Assembly (NCBI RefSeq): GCF_018977255.1
Contig: NW_024704743.1
Location: forward strand, 70,062,001 to 70,126,000
Length of the DNA: 64,000 nt
Direction of reading: 5' to 3'
Origin: Callorhinchus milii
Lineage: Eukaryota
Positions 38,244 through 52,360 of this stretch are shown piece by piece. The translations under genes and the position numbers were made by a program. Every line of letters begins with the position of its first letter. The stretch's first letter is position 1. The notes beneath the pieces were generated by a model that did no database searches, was not told the origin of the DNA, and saw nothing but the letters and a program-made list of their open reading frames with translations.

Positions 38244-39243
38244 CTAAAACATGGACATTACATGCAAGTCAGTAGCACATAATTATTCCAACCAGCCGAA
38301 TTTAACACTAAAGCATGTAGAAGATGTGGGAAATATATCTTCCAGATTGGCTTGTAGATTTTCTCCCTTTAATCGACTACAATATGCTAGAAATTGGCCA
38401 CAAAATTTGTCATGCAAAGTTTGGCATTTACTATAAATACTCATCAATGAAATTATTTTAACAGCAACTTGCATTCATACAATGCCTATCATATAAAAGG
38501 ATATTTCAAAGTGCCCACTGCAAGAAGTTGGGAAACATTATATAGGCTGGCTAGTTTTATATAGGAAGATCAAAACCAAGACGAGATTCTTAAACTTGAC
38601 CTTCTGAGGTACTGGGAGCTTGGCAAGTATGGAGTAATAGGTGGCTCAGAGTCCAGCACAAGAGCGAGCTCAGAGTTCTGACTATATTTAATATCAAAGC
38701 TAATTACATTTCTTACAGATCTTCAATCTACTGATCAACACTTTCAAAAAATGTTTGTCTGATTTTATAACAATTTAAAGATGCGAACAGGAGGAGGACA
38801 TTCAACCAACCAAGCCTTTTCTGCCAATTTGTTAGATCATGCATCTATCTACCTTTTAAACATCCTAATTAAGTATGCCTCTACAACTTTCTGGGACAGT
38901 ACATTTGTATACTTTCATAACCTTCTATGTGAAGAAATGTTTTGCTGTAATTTTAAGATTATGTAGAGAAAACAATGGACACAAAATAAAAGGTAAAATG
39001 ATCAAAACATGTTGAGCAAATTAACTTTAGTCCATATAGTCTCTTTCTATAAATATCTTGGGAGAATACAGCATTAAACATATGCAATGGGTACCTTGCA
39101 ATAGACTTAAATTCTTTAGGGACAGAATGTTATGCCCAGAATGAATGCATATTTATTCTTAGCAAATGTCACAAGACTCTTTTCTTACAGACCAATTTTA
39201 AACTGCTCAATTATTCAACCAAACCTGTACAGTATTTCATTAC

Positions 39244-39346
39244 CTGCTTGTAAAGCAGCTGCTCATTTTCTCTAGCATAACAAAACAGGATATCTGTCAA
39301 AATCTGTCTCACGCTTTCCTGTTGGAAATACTGCATTTCAGGAAAC
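39244..39346 (-). CDS. TBC1D5: TBC1D5 coding exon (103 nt), YxQ glutamine finger
   Basis: ttttag|...|gtaatg; FPEMQYFQQESVRQILTDILFCYARENEQLLYKQ. Confidence 0.97.
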
Positions 39347-39432
39347 CTAAAAGACACCAAATCTGTTATTAATAAAACGGTAGTCACAAGCCTTTGAAAT
39401 AAAACTTTACCTTTCTATTGCTCTCCTGCACA

Positions 39433-39736
39433 TGTAGCTCAGTGGTTAGAGCACTCGCCTTGCAAGCGAGACACCTGGGTTTAATTCCAGGCAGGACACA
39501 ACCTTGGGCAAGTTTCCTTACTCCACACACCTAATAATAATCCCTCTAAAACAAAACAATAATAAACTGGTCATTTTCAATCCACGACTGTCTGTGGGAC
39601 ATTGCTGTGCGCAATTGGCTGCCACGTTTCGCCCACAATTATACAGTCAATTCACTTTACAGTCTATTCTGTGAAGCACTTTGAGACGTCGAGAAGACGT
39701 GAAGAGCGCTATATCAAATGCAAGGATTATTATTAT
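39433..39736 (+). mobile_element. Near full-length SINE (short variant), about 87 bp from an exon acceptor
   Basis: Same head, body and tail. Confidence 0.9.
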
Positions 39737-41994
39737 GCAAAATTCCAATGCGCTTATCAGTTTAGTTTCAATCAACATTGCAACTTTCTTGCAATTCTAT
39801 TTGTTATGAAAGCAGATCATTTAAATTAAATTACCACACATATGCATAAAAACTAGTTTTCATGCAAAAATGCTTGCATTTTCTGGGTACATTTTGAATA
39901 TTTCCTACAGACTACTTAAATTAATTCAGGCACATAATTCACGCTGTGCCAAATTGTCTTTGTAGCTTCTTCCAGGGATTTCCCTTTCTCTACACTTCTG
40001 AGGTGGTGATATTTGCATCTGATATAATACTTGTATTTTGTACCGTGATTATGACATCAAAACATTATAAAGCATTTCACACAAGGAGTCGCTGTGAAGT
40101 GTAGTGACAATGTTAAAGGTAAATGTGACAGTTGATCCGTGCCAGCAATGTTCCACAGACACCAAAGAGACGAATGCATCAGCAGTTTGAGATGAGTTTA
40201 GATGAGGCAGGAATAATGGCCAGAAGACTGCTCTTTTTCAAAATACTGGATACAGTTTTACCAGTGCCAGAATTCTCTAATACTTTGTCTATTCTTAATG
40301 GACAGAAAGACAATGAACTTTGGCTCAGCTTAGTCTATCACTATGCCGTGAAGAGTAGAACGTCACAAGTTTATTTTATGGTGTTTGATGAATTTACTGA
40401 TTGAAACTTGGAACTTATATTTGGCCTCAGCACCAGTGAGTTAAAGAGATCACTATCAGGTGACTCTTGCTGGGAACTGTATCTGTGTGGCTGTCAGGTG
40501 ATAATATGATGGACTCAACCACGAAGTTTCAAGACTCATCGTTCACTGATCTCACACATGAAGAAGGTTGTTTGGGAAGTGCTTTTGAAAAACAATAGAA
40601 TTTTACAGCAGAAAAAATTAGTACCTTCACTGGAGGGGGAGAAAATTGGCAATATAAATACACTATGGGACCTCATAGCTGAGGCAGATTCTGTGCAACC
40701 CCCCCACCCCCAACATACACATCATAACCCGCAGAAATGATTTCCAAATAATTTACATATCACAATAGCATTTTTTTATATCCCATGTTCAGCCATCAAT
40801 CGATCCAACTCTCTTTTGAATGGCTCAAATGAGACAATATTTCCTACTCGGTGGCAGTCTTTCTTTATGATGTTGACCTTAAACAGGAACAAGCCATCCC
40901 TAAATTTAGCTGGTAGCTTCTTTAGTTTATAATTATGTCCTCAATCCAAGTTTTGCACAGTGTGCATACAGATGAGGCTGGTCACAGCAATACAACTGAC
41001 TTCTGTCAGAACAAAAGAAAAATACAATCTGAAAACAACAAAAGCAAGTGTTGCAAGCATACATCAGTCGTTGATCTCTTTGGTTCAGCTCTATCAGATT
41101 ACCAGACACATGGGTACTTCTAATTATAAACTGAACAAGTAATGGTTCAGCTTGCAACACAATGGTGAATGATTGTTAATGTGGGATTGGTACATACAAA
41201 GGTTCACAGCATCAAGTGCACATATAACCAAGGAGAGATTATATTTTAGTTTGTTAATTAATACGTTTTCAACAAGCTATAACTCGAACAGAACTGTAAA
41301 GTAGCACACTGGCAAGTTTAAAATTGTAGGCACAGTTAGCAAATCTTTATAAGTACTTATATATTGCAGCTGTATACGTACACAAAGTATAGTAAATCTC
41401 TGATAAATTGCCACTTGTAATAGCTAAGCGCAGTGCTATAACAAGAGGCATACTAAAATGAAACTGTAAAAATAAGCCTTGCATTTGCTATAGTACCATT
41501 CATATCTGCAAGATGTCTCAAAGCGATGAACAGTAGTGACTGTATTTTGAAAGTTTAGTATTAAAGTAATTAAAGATTTACAGAAAAATTTGTATGATTA
41601 TTGGAAGCAAATAAAATATTTTGATTTTAAAACATGTTTAGCATAACCTTTCTTCATTAAAATGTATTTTAACAAACATTTGATTTTTAATTTTTTTATT
41701 CTCATCAATTGAAACAACACCTATACTACACCATATTCAAACCATATTGTTTATATTCAGAACTGTATTTAAAAATAAAACTAAGGTAAGAAGATTCATA
41801 AAAATAACAATGATCCTACTCTGTTTATATGATACAGAAAAAGCATCAATAGAACATAGCCAAATAGTGGCCTGCAATCATCTCATTAAGTGTTTTTGAT
41901 GCGTTGAGTAGTTCCACAGGCTTCCTGCTCGGTCATCTCCTCTTTAATATCTACAATCTCATTTGGTGATGCAGGCAAGGAGTGAATTTCCACA

Positions 41995-42313
41995 TAATAA
42001 TAATAATAATCCTTGCATTTGATATAGCGCTTTTCACGTCGGGAGGACATCCCAAAGCGCTTCACAGAACACACTGTAAAGTGAATTGACTGTATATTTG
42101 TGGGCGAACGCGGCAGCCAATTCGCACAGCAATGTCCCACAAACAGTCGTAGATTGAAAATGACCAATTTATTATTGTTTTTGGTTTTGGAGGGATTATT
42201 ATTAGGTTCTGTGTGGAGTAAGGAAACTTGCCCAAGGTTTCGCCTGCCTGGAATTGAACTCAGGTCTCTCACTTGCAAAGCGAGTGCTCTAACCACTGAG
42301 CTACAGGACTCCA
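41995..42313 (-). mobile_element. Full-length SINE (short variant) inserted in a small L2 RT fragment (about 41900-42390)
   Basis: Reverse complement of the family; flanks rejoin as L2 aatttccacat|gtatgtggatgac (YVDD). Confidence 0.92.
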
Positions 42314-42664
42314 CATGTATGTGGATGACACCCAACGATCTCTCTGCCTCCACCCTTGACTCGAGGACTACTGCTACCCTGATGGATTAACCTCTTTCTA
42401 TAGATGTTTTATATGGTGTCTGCTAACTTTGGTGTTTTGAAGTTGAAATTGTGCCAGTGTGCCTACAACACGTCTAAATTGACAGAGCTCTCATTAATAG
42501 CTCCACGTCACATTTTTATATATATCGCTATATTTGCGTAGCTTAAAGATAACGTTTTTAAAGTTTTTTATCTACTTTTTTTCCTTTTAAATCTATCTCT
42601 TCTTTATGTAGGTTTGCACAGTCTTTTTTGTAACTTTTCTGTGTAGTTTTTTTTTAAAACAGCA

Positions 42665-42882
42665 TTACGTGGTTGATCAATTGGCCGATCGCTTTTCCGG
42701 GGACAATAATCCCTTCAAAAAAAATAATTTGGTCACTCAATTCACGACTGTTTGTGGGACACGGTGATGTGCAATTGATGGTCGAGCTTCACCCATAAAA
42801 TATACAGTGAATTCGCTTTACAGTATATTCTGTGAAGTGCTTTGAGACGTCTCAAAGACGTGATGCAAGGATTATTAATATT
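42665..42882 (+). mobile_element. 5'-truncated SINE (long variant)
   Basis: gatcgcttttccgggg...tgtgggacac...tgcaaggattatt. Confidence 0.8.
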
Positions 42883-44432
42883 ATATGTCGAGCAATGCCT
42901 AGAGAAATCTCAGGTTAGGTTGTTCTGGTTGTAATTGCCGAATAGAAAAGGTGAAAATCAAGCAGACAGGCTGGGGGTGGCTGGTGTTTAGAATCATTTC
43001 AATTGATCATTACAAACTGGGGTGTGGCATTGCTAGTATTAAAAAAAGAAAAATCAAAAATGTCATATTTACAAAATCTGGAAAGAATAAAATGCATATT
43101 TGTTTCATTGTCTTTTTTATGGTTGTGGCGCCTGCATCTGATCTAATACTTACATTTCAATCGTGAAATTCTCAAGAGGTAAACTGGTAATAGTGATAAA
43201 TGGTCACATTTCATATTTGAAGCAGCTTTCAAAGCAGTTTTTTTCTATAAACAAAGCTTTAAAGATCTATTGCAATATCTGCATGATCAGTAATATGATT
43301 GTTATTGTTTATCATTTGCTCTCTAAATTACATATAATAAAAAAAATTAAAAAAAATCAGCAGTAACTTAGCAGAGAATAAGAGACATTTGTGCTGGTAG
43401 AACTATGTTTGAACGTTTTTAGAGTTATCTTTCTCCTTATTTAAAACCAACAATGTTTAGTTGTTTGCAGTAATGTTTTTTAAAAAAAATCTATTCAGTC
43501 TCCCACGTGCAGCTCTTGAAGTACAATGCAGTATATACTCTGGATCAAGTGATTAAGCACAATGTGCTTTTAATTTTGAGCAAAATGAGATGTTTGCAGT
43601 TTTCAACTTTAGGATTCTGTATCTCAATTCCTGATGAGCTGAATGAGGAGATTGTTGCAATAACCAGGGTACAAGGTACCAGGCCAAAGATTAAAGAAAT
43701 GGGATTCAGCAAGTAACAATACAATACTGACAATCACATAACAACATATATATTACACAACTGTCTTAAGTTCTGCCAGTTAAAGAAGGGAGTCTGAAGA
43801 AAAGATGAACAATCCCAGTATGTTAAACAAATTGAAGTTACATTCACTCATAGTCATTTTCAATTTTTATCATCGAGTCAAGACCTTACTCAGATATGCA
43901 CATTTCATTCAACTAAGCAACCGTTATTCAACTAAGAAACAGTACTTTTAATGGCCATGCAGTAACCTTAAACCAGGCATCTAGTGAGAAGGTAAGAAAT
44001 GGAAAAACATCAGAATTTATCTAGTTCAGGCACGAGTTTGCATTAGCCACAATACCCCACCAGTCAGGATCTGTGCTATATCCATTAGAATAATTTATTT
44101 ATGGATGGAATGACAAGCACTTTACAAAGCAAGCCATATAAAGCCTAACACACTGCAGTAACGATCCAGCAGTCAATCTTCATAAATTAGACAAATGAAC
44201 AACATTCAGATTATTTGGGAAATATAAATATAATATTTTTAGCAAAAAAGCATGATGCCGAACAAAGTCTTGTCTGGCAATTCTTGGTATATGGGTGGTA
44301 GTTAATTATGTAGATACATCAGCTCACAAAGATGAATAGGTTGTCCATGAATTTGCAGAAAGCTGGCGTACCAAAGACCAATACTGTGTTTGCATTTTAT
44401 GATTCAATTAAAGGATTTAATTTTGCACATAC

Positions 44433-44500
44433 GTTCTTGTCACATCTTGTTGAATCATTGCCCGAAGTTCTTTATCTTGAAAAAACTTGTTCCACAGACT
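44433..44500 (-). CDS. TBC1D5: TBC1D5 coding exon (68 nt), IxxDxxR arginine finger
   Basis: tttttag|...|gtatgt; SLWNKFFQDKELRAMIQQDVTR(T). Confidence 0.97.
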
Positions 44501-45045
44501 CTAAAAAAAATAATAAATATTTCATGCAGTATTCATAAATGTATAACTGGTTAACAAAGTTATCAGATGCATTCATTTAAATGCTTTGTTATTTGCCTTA
44601 TTAGGATGAAATACTGTACCAAATGTTTAATCTCACGCTGCAATTTGGAACTAATACCTACTATATAATTGTAATGTTATAATCTGACATGAGAAATAAA
44701 TAAGAATTTCCTCTGTAAAATTCTCACTCGAGAATATCCAAAGGACCAAACAATGCAGCCACATTATAACATGCTTTGGTTATAACCAGTGCCAGTAGAA
44801 AATTGTGGAAATATTTGCCAAACATTGCGTGGAAATTGATTGGTGCTATTGAAGTACATTTTACTGCCAGCCTACATTTTTTCATTTTATTGATGAAAAT
44901 TAAACATGAGGAAATAACACACAATAGATTTGTGGAGAGGAGGAACACCAACGCAGGCCTGAAGATCTGCCAAAAAACCAAGACCAGTGTCCTGACTGCG
45001 GGGCTAAAGGAGCTCACCACATCATGCCTCAGGGCCCAGCACCGC

Positions 45046-45470
45046 ACACAGACCCAGAGACACACACACACACACAGATACAGGAGAGACATGCAAGCTT
45101 AGACACAGAGAGAGACACACATTCTCTGAGAGAGAGACATACTCATAGACACAAAGAGATACACACACACAGACGGAGGAGAGACACAGGCATACATATT
45201 CACACAGACTCTCAGAAACACACATATAGAAGAGACGCAGACACTCAAACATATACATACAGGGGGGAGAGAGAGACATAGACACACATGCACAGAGACA
45301 CTCACAAACAGACACACATACAGAGGAGAGAGAGACACTCACACAGATGCTCACAAACACACACACAGAGACATAGACACACACGCACAGACACACTCAC
45401 AAACACATACAGAGGAGAGAGACACACTCAGATAGAGACACTCACAAACACTTAGAGAGAGACACACACA
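45046..45470. repeat. Degenerate (CA)n/(GA)n compound microsatellite
   Basis: Direct inspection; produces the spurious CV/HT-rich ORFs in the track. Confidence 0.95.
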
Positions 45471-45699
45471 GGTGATCTGAAAAGTGGGGACTCCAAGTGG
45501 AGTGAAGCCCATTTGCCGCTTGCGCTGTAAGTGGGTTCGGAGCCGTGCCGCCAGAGGAACTTTGGGTAAACAGCGTGAGAGGTCTGGGCACCAGAAACTT
45601 CATTTTTTAGCGGTTTTATAGCAGAGGACGCTGTCTATAGTGGATGCTGTAGGAAATTGCAGCCGCACTTTTCTATTGGACCAGGTTATAACTTGGTTG

Positions 45700-45935
45700 C
45701 AATATAGACATTTGCTGTTTCCCTGATTGCTCAGTTCATTGGTGTAATTTGCAAATTTAACTATCTTACATTGGGTCTGCAAATCCAGGTCATTAATGTG
45801 TATGGGGAACAGGAGGGGTCCTAAAACTCTTTGCTTATTATCTTTTCTCATTTTGACCTATCTCCCCTCACGTACACCCTCTTTTTTTGTATCCTTCAGC
45901 CAATTTTGAATCCATATCTTGACCTTGATACCCAT
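45700..45935 (-). mobile_element. CR1 RT fragment
   Basis: VLGPLLFPIHINDLDLQTQCKIVKFA in ORF 45600..45851. Confidence 0.75.
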
Positions 45936-45954
45936 TGAAACTATCGGGTATGAA

Positions 45955-47405
45955 ACTCTCAAACTATAGCCCCATCCCCAGCCTCCCTTTCCTCTTCAAG
46001 GTCCTGGAACAAGTTATTGCTTCCCAGCTTTGCTCCTTCCTCTCCCACCACTCCCGTCACGAATCCCTCCAATCAGGTTCCTGTGCCACCCACAGCACAG
46101 AAACAGCCCTGGTTAAAGTGACAAATGACATTTTGCCCATCTGCGACCAGGGCTCCCTCTCTCTCCTCGTCCTCCTTGACCCCTCTGCTGCTTTTGACAC
46201 CGTAGACCACTCTATCCTCATCCACTGCCTCTCCTCTCACCTCAACCTTTACGGTTTTGTCCTTAACTGGTTCAGATCGTACCTCTCACACTGCCTGCAC
46301 TTCATCTCCACAAACAGCTTCTCCTCTAGCCCTCTCATCATCTCGCATGGCATTCCTCAGGGCTCTGTCCTTGGTCCCCTCCTCTTCAATATCTATATGC
46401 TCTCTCTTGGTGACATCATCCGCAGACATGGGGTCAACTTCCATATGTATGCGGGTGACACCCAACTCTATCTCTCTGCCTCCACCCTGGACTCCAGGAC
46501 CACTGCTGTCCTGATAGAATGTCTCTCAGACATCAAGTCCTGGATGAAAGCTAACATTCTTCAGTTGAATAATAATCCTTGCATTTGATATTGCACTCCT
46601 CACTTCTTCTGGACATCTCAAAGCACTTCACAAAACATACTGTGAAGTAAATTGACTGTATATTTGTGGGCAAAACATCAACAAGACTGAGGCCCTCCTG
46701 ATTGGCTCCCGTTAGTGCCTCCGCAGCTCAGGCACTGATAGGATCACCATCCATGGATGCTCACTCCACCTTACTAAGCCAGTCCGGAACCTTGGCATCC
46801 TGTGTGCCCTGACCCATTCTGTCTTCCCCCATCTCCACAACATTGTCCAGTTCTGCCATTTTCTCACTCCACAGGCCGCTGAAACCCTTATATATGTATT
46901 CATAACATCGAGGCTTGACTATACAAACTCCTTGCTTGTTGGCCTCCCCAACTCCTCCCTCCATAGGCTGCAGATCATCCAGAATTTTACAGCCCGTGTC
47001 CTCTCCCGCACCAGACTCCGTGACCCCATCATCCCCATCCTAGTCCGACACTACTGGCTTCCCATCACACAGAGGATACAGTTCAAGATCCTGGTCCTCA
47101 CCTTCAAAGCCCTCCATGGCCTTTCTCCCCCTACTCTGCAACCTCCTAACGCCCTATTATCCTGCTCGCTCCCTCCGCTCAGTGGCCTGCTACACGTCCC
47201 CTGCCTCACTCACCCCACTATTGGCAGGCGGGTCTTTTGCCACTCTTCCACCACCCTCTGGAACTCCATCCCGCAGTCCCTCCGCCTCATGCCCTCCCTT
47301 GCCTCCTTCAAGTCCCATCTCAAGACCATCCTCTTCGACCATGCTTTCAACACCCTCCTTCCACACCTGCCCTCCACCCTCCCCAATCCTGACCCCCAGC
47401 ACGAG
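45955..47405 (+). mobile_element. L2 RT and C-terminal fragment, interrupted by a reverse SINE 3' fragment (about 46568-46680)
   Basis: ORFs 45935..46588 (AAFDTVDH, GIPQGSVLGPLLFNIY, YAGD) and 46932..47504. Confidence 0.92.
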
Positions 47406-48508
47406 TCCGATTCACTCATCAGATCTACAACCTGGATAAGGACCAGTGGTAGTAATGTAGAATTGTTAAGTACTGTCCTTCTGCAAGTAAATATATCAAC
47501 TTAAAAAAGTATTTTTATTCTTAAATTCACATATCACCAAAGTACATTTTAAATTTTAGACCTTTAATTGTGTCTTTAGTGAATATTTAATATTCTGCAT
47601 AAAGTTAAAAAGTGGTCACCAAAGGAAAACCCACACAGAATACCAGGTTGTGAAGCCTTCAGGGGCAGCTTGCACCGTGGAGGAAACTGAGCTGACAGTG
47701 CTTAGGAGGTGCAGCCATTAATGTACATAAAAGCATTGTGCACTGATAGTAGGTGGTAACAAAACAGTGAACAGTCTCGCTCTACAAAAATACATGAATT
47801 TAAGAATAAATCAGAAATGATTAAACACTCCCAAATCAGAAAAAAGTAACATCCTCCAAATCGACAACAACAACTTGCATTTATATAGTGCCCTTCATGC
47901 GGGTAGTGCCATTTACTTGAGCGAATCATTTAATATTGAACAGCAAATGGAAAGAAGCCAACATCACAATCAAGTACTGATGGCTATGTAGTAGACAGTT
48001 ATCTACGTTGGCAATTGGTGAATGGATTGATCGGTAAAACATCCAAATGATGGGATAAAAATAAAAATGGAGCAAACCTGTGTTTAACACATACATTAAC
48101 AATTAGAGCAGGATATCTAAGCATTTACAGTGTTCATAAACTGACAGAAATATCCACACGCTTTCTGTGAATTTAATATCCCACATGTGGACCTCCTGTA
48201 TACATACACACAGAAAGCTGTGTCATTTCTTAGGTATTTCAGTTAGAATATGCAAGCGAGCGTATACTTGAGCAGCTAATGAATGGGAGCTTCACAGAAT
48301 CAGACAAACTGATTTCAGTGCTTTCAAAATACCACAAAACATGCAAAGCATAGCTCAGTCCAAACCTCTCAAATATAGTGAAGCATTGGATTGTTTTATT
48401 GATTGAACGCTGGCCCGTTTAATGATTTTCTCTGAAAAGAGGTGCAATTGCCAGCAATCGTGCAGTTATCTGATAGCAAAGAAATGGTTCTTTAAACTGA
48501 ATACTCAC

Positions 48509-48583
48509 TCCCTCATCCTGTGAAAGTGGGTTGTTGACAACCAGATCTTGCTGTCCAGCAGCTTTCCGTGGGTTTGTTATATG
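48509..48583 (-). CDS. TBC1D5: TBC1D5 coding exon (75 nt)
   Basis: cctag|...|gtgagt; HITNPRKAAGQQDLVVNNPLSQDEG, containing the NNPL insertion that contacts VPS29 in human TBC1D5; follows a 90-nt intron. Confidence 0.96.
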
Positions 48584-48673
48584 CTAGGTAGTAGAAAAAT
48601 GATCGTTAGTCTTAAATTTATGTCTTCTTTTTAAAAAGCTTAAGATTCACAAAGTGATCCAACAATTACTTAC

Positions 48674-48763
48674 AGTTTCTTTTATCTGTTCATAGTGAGC
48701 TCTTAGCTCTGCTGTTTTATTGAGCCACTGCTTTTTGTCCTCCGGTAGAGCATCTAAGAACAG
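48674..48763 (-). CDS. TBC1D5: TBC1D5 coding exon (90 nt)
   Basis: cttgtag|...|gtaagt; LFLDALPEDKKQWLNKTAELRAHYEQIKET; phase 0/0. Confidence 0.96.
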
Positions 48764-49434
48764 CTACAAGAACACAAATCTTATCAGTTAGTACAAAATA
48801 AACAGAAAATACATCATACTTTCCAGTGGGATACAAAGTTTACCTATGGGGAGAGCAAAACTTCACTCATGGGTTATGATAAATTTAACTCATCCCACTT
48901 TTCATCCCACTGAAACTAGTGAATGGATTGCTTATCCAAACACAAAATATATATGTTTTCCAGAGTTTGATAGACTCTTCTGAATATAATTATGACTACA
49001 TTACATATTAATGATGTCTGTTGTGAGGCAATAAAGATTCCAAATATTTTCTAGATGTCAAAGGAAAGACACAAACATGTTATTAACTATGTTAAATCCA
49101 TATGTTATACATATGATTTTCAGATATTCTTTCTTTCTTCTCTGGAGAGGCTGATTCTTGCCAGCGTATGGTTACACGGTGTAGGCTGCCATCCAGTATC
49201 TTCCTGTATCCAGTATCAAGGGCAAGACATGGACTAATATTATAATAATACTCCATACCTTTGCTATAGCGCTTTATCACATCTTCGAGATGTCTCAAAG
49301 TGCTTCACACAATATACTGTAAAGTTTAGTGACTGTATATTTTGTGGGCGAAACGCGGCAGCCAATTGCGTACAGGAACGTCAATTAGCCCAAGGGAAGG
49401 AAGCAGAAGGTCTTTGTTCGGGAAGCCAGATCAA

Positions 49435-50120
49435 AATTGGTAGAGGCATTAAGCAGGGTGCCTTAAAGGTCTGTACTGAGATCTCTCCCGTTCCTCCTAA
49501 ATATTAATGTCCTAGACTTGCAGATCCAATGTAAGACAGTTAAATTTGCAGGTGACACCAAGTTGAGGAAAAATGTGGAATCAGAGGAGGCAGCAAGGGT
49601 CCTACAAAGAACCCCTTTTTGGTTAGACCACACCTTGAATACTGCATAGTTCTGGTCGCCGCAACATAAGGGGGCACTCCAGGCCCTACAGGCAGAGGAA
49701 AGCAATGAGATGATGCTCAGTGTTTGAGAAATGTGTTATGAGCAACAGTTAGACAAGCTACGGCTTTTCAGTCATAGGAGAAGATGAATCAGAGGCGACC
49801 TCATAGAGGTTACAAAATTTTAAATGCGATTGAAAAGGTAAACCCAGAACAACACTTTAGGTTACATCAAGACAGTAGAACAAGAGGTCATAAGTTAAAG
49901 TTGTAAAAAAACAATTTCAGGGCAAATATCATGAGGCTTTTTGTGACTTGGCGAGTGGTTAATGACTGCAGCAGTTTGCCAGGAAAGACGGTAGAGGCTC
50001 ATTTAAAAAATAGCTTAATACTGTGATGGGGGGGAATGACAGAGCGGGTGTTCTTGAGGGATGAGAATGGATGGGCCGAAGGATTTTCTTCATCTGAACT
50101 AGTCTGTTATCTTGTGAAGC
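49435..50120 (+). mobile_element. CR1 LINE fragment
   Basis: KFAGDTKL, VRPHLEYC, RGDLIEV and RTRGHKLKL remnants plus 3' end. Confidence 0.8.
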
Positions 50121-50814
50121 GGATATTCTTCATCCATGGCTATTTGATTACATGGTTATCATAGCACAGTCTAATCCTGTCTTCACCCAGCATCCACACA
50201 CATGCACTTTCCAGCAGAGGTTGCTGGATGACAGCAAACTTTTATTTATTCAAATTGTTGGTATGAAGATCTGTTCAGACTTTTTACTTAATATTATATG
50301 CACATTTCCTAGAAACATAAAACTTGCCGCTTAAGAAGAATGTATCTATAAGGACTACTCAAACACTGGAAATATTCAAAGTAGAGAAAAAATGTTCCTT
50401 CCCCAAACTAGGTACAACAAGAGGGAATAGAAATAATTGCTGCTTTTCTATCAGGATGCTGTTATAACAACATAAGTAAAATTTGTATGAATAAGGATCA
50501 GCGCAATTCACACAACCGAATTACTGACCTAAAAAGAAAATAATTATTTTCTTTATGTAGTTTACACATAATTGAGAATTGAAATCTTCAATTCTGCCAT
50601 TTTTGTAGAAATGGTTCAAGTGAATGGGTGGTAAAGATGATAGTCATAGGATCTGAAAGCTCTACAGAACATCTTTTTACACCAGAAAACATGTAAGATG
50701 TATTGTAAACAACACATTATAAGTGACTGAAGTCATCTTCAAAAATGGCATCACAGCTTCCCACAGCTCTCGCTAAAGAACTCCATTAAGACAACACATA
50801 AATGCAAATACAAA

Positions 50815-51162
50815 GTGGAGTCCCATAGCGTAGTGGTTAGAGCACTCGCCTCGCACGTAAGAGTTGCCTGGGTTTGATTCCTGGCTGGGTGAAACCTTAG
50901 GCAAGTTTCCTTACTCCATACACCTCTGTTTACCAAGCAGTAAATAGGAACCCAGTTGTTAGTCGATTGGAGAATCGCTTTCTGGGTGTAATAATCCCTC
51001 AAAAATAAAATTGGCTACTCAATCCACGATTGTTTGTCGAATATTCCTGTGCACAATTGGCTGCCACGTTTTGCCCACAAAATACACAGTCATTCCACTT
51101 TACAATATATTATGTGAAAGCGCTTTGAAAGGCACTATATCAAATGTAAGGTTTATTATTAT
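50815..51162 (+). mobile_element. SINE (long variant)
   Basis: tRNA head plus extra ctctgtttaccaagcagtaaataggaaccc segment. Confidence 0.88.
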
Positions 51163-51287
51163 TTCAAAATCTTTCTTTGCACTATTTTCTTAGCAGCTAC
51201 TAAATTATTAGATTTAAGTAAGCTTAGTCAATAATCAAATATTTATATAAACATTGTAAACTCTCACCATTATATTTACAAATGGAT

Positions 51288-51982
51288 TATATATATATAT
51301 ATATAAAACTAATAAAATGTCAATGTCTGTCTGTCTGTGCTTCAGGAAGGATCTCAATAACCGATTGACGTAGAGGCATGATTTATACCTCATCTGGGAG
51401 TGACATTGGTATATTTGCTTTCAGGTATCTCCTATTGTTTGTGAGTTATAACCTAAACTGTATTTCAGTTTTGTGTTTTTCGCTTCAGCTACACCTGGTG
51501 GCCGCCGAGTCAAAGTGGTGCTGTGGCATCATGCAGTTACACCTGGTGGCCGCGTCGGCTGACCATGACGCTGTGACATCCTGTATCACAGAGCATGCCT
51601 GCAGCCAAGGGGTAGCAGGAACAAAATAAAGAACACAGACGAAGCTAAGCCACGGCAACAACAACAAAATTAAATTTTTAAAGTGCCTTTCACTTTGGGA
51701 GGATATCCCAGTTATAAACTATACATTTATATTGTTATTATAAAGATGCCTAAGCGAAAATCAAAGCTGTCAAGGATAAATAAGAATGCTAGTCAAAAGA
51801 GAGAACCCACTAAATGAAACTGAAGAACAAAGAACAGTGCAGCTGCATTTCAATGCTGAAAGGACTGCAACAGGAGTCCTCCCAGATGAGTATAGATAAA
51901 GATGAAATGTTTCTCTGTGTGTCCATCTACATTCCATATTGGATTGTTTGGTTGCAAGCGTAGCTGCAATGGGTACAGCTAA
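51288..51982 (+). mobile_element. Putative non-autonomous Helitron-like element
   Basis: Starts (TA)n-aaaact then (TGTC)n; ends gcgtagctgcaatgggtacagCTAA|T (CTRR); TA runs on both sides. Confidence 0.5.
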
Positions 51983-52024
51983 TATATATATATATATAAA
52001 ATGGTGAAAGTGTTGGTATTTAAT

Positions 52025-52360
52025 TGGTCGGGCTTTCAGCCTCTCAGCCCCGAGGCTCTGGAACTCTATCCCCCAGTGCCTTCGCCTTGCTTCCTCCCTT
52101 TCCTCCTTCAAGGCCGGTCTCAAAACCTTTCTCTTTGACCGAGCCTTCAGCTCCCCTCTCGACTCTCTTCCCCCTCCTCGCTCCCTCCCTTCCCTCCCCT
52201 CACCCTGACCATTTCCCCCTCCTTGCTCCCTCCCTTCCCTCCCCTCACCCTGACCATTTCCCCCCTGCTCGGGTCATGACCCAACTGTGCAGCGCCTTGG
52301 GACGTCCTCCTGACGTGAAAGGCGCTTTATAAATGGAATCCTGTTGTTGTTGTTGTTGTT
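52025..52360 (+). mobile_element. Young L2 3' end with a duplicated pyrimidine unit of about 45 bp
   Basis: L2 C-terminal coding remnant, 3'UTR and (GTT)n tail. Confidence 0.9.

Noticed and set aside
48820..48915. Small inverted repeat (cagtgggat...atcccactg) near an exon acceptor
   Set aside because: Short and degenerate; probably a MITE remnant with no further support
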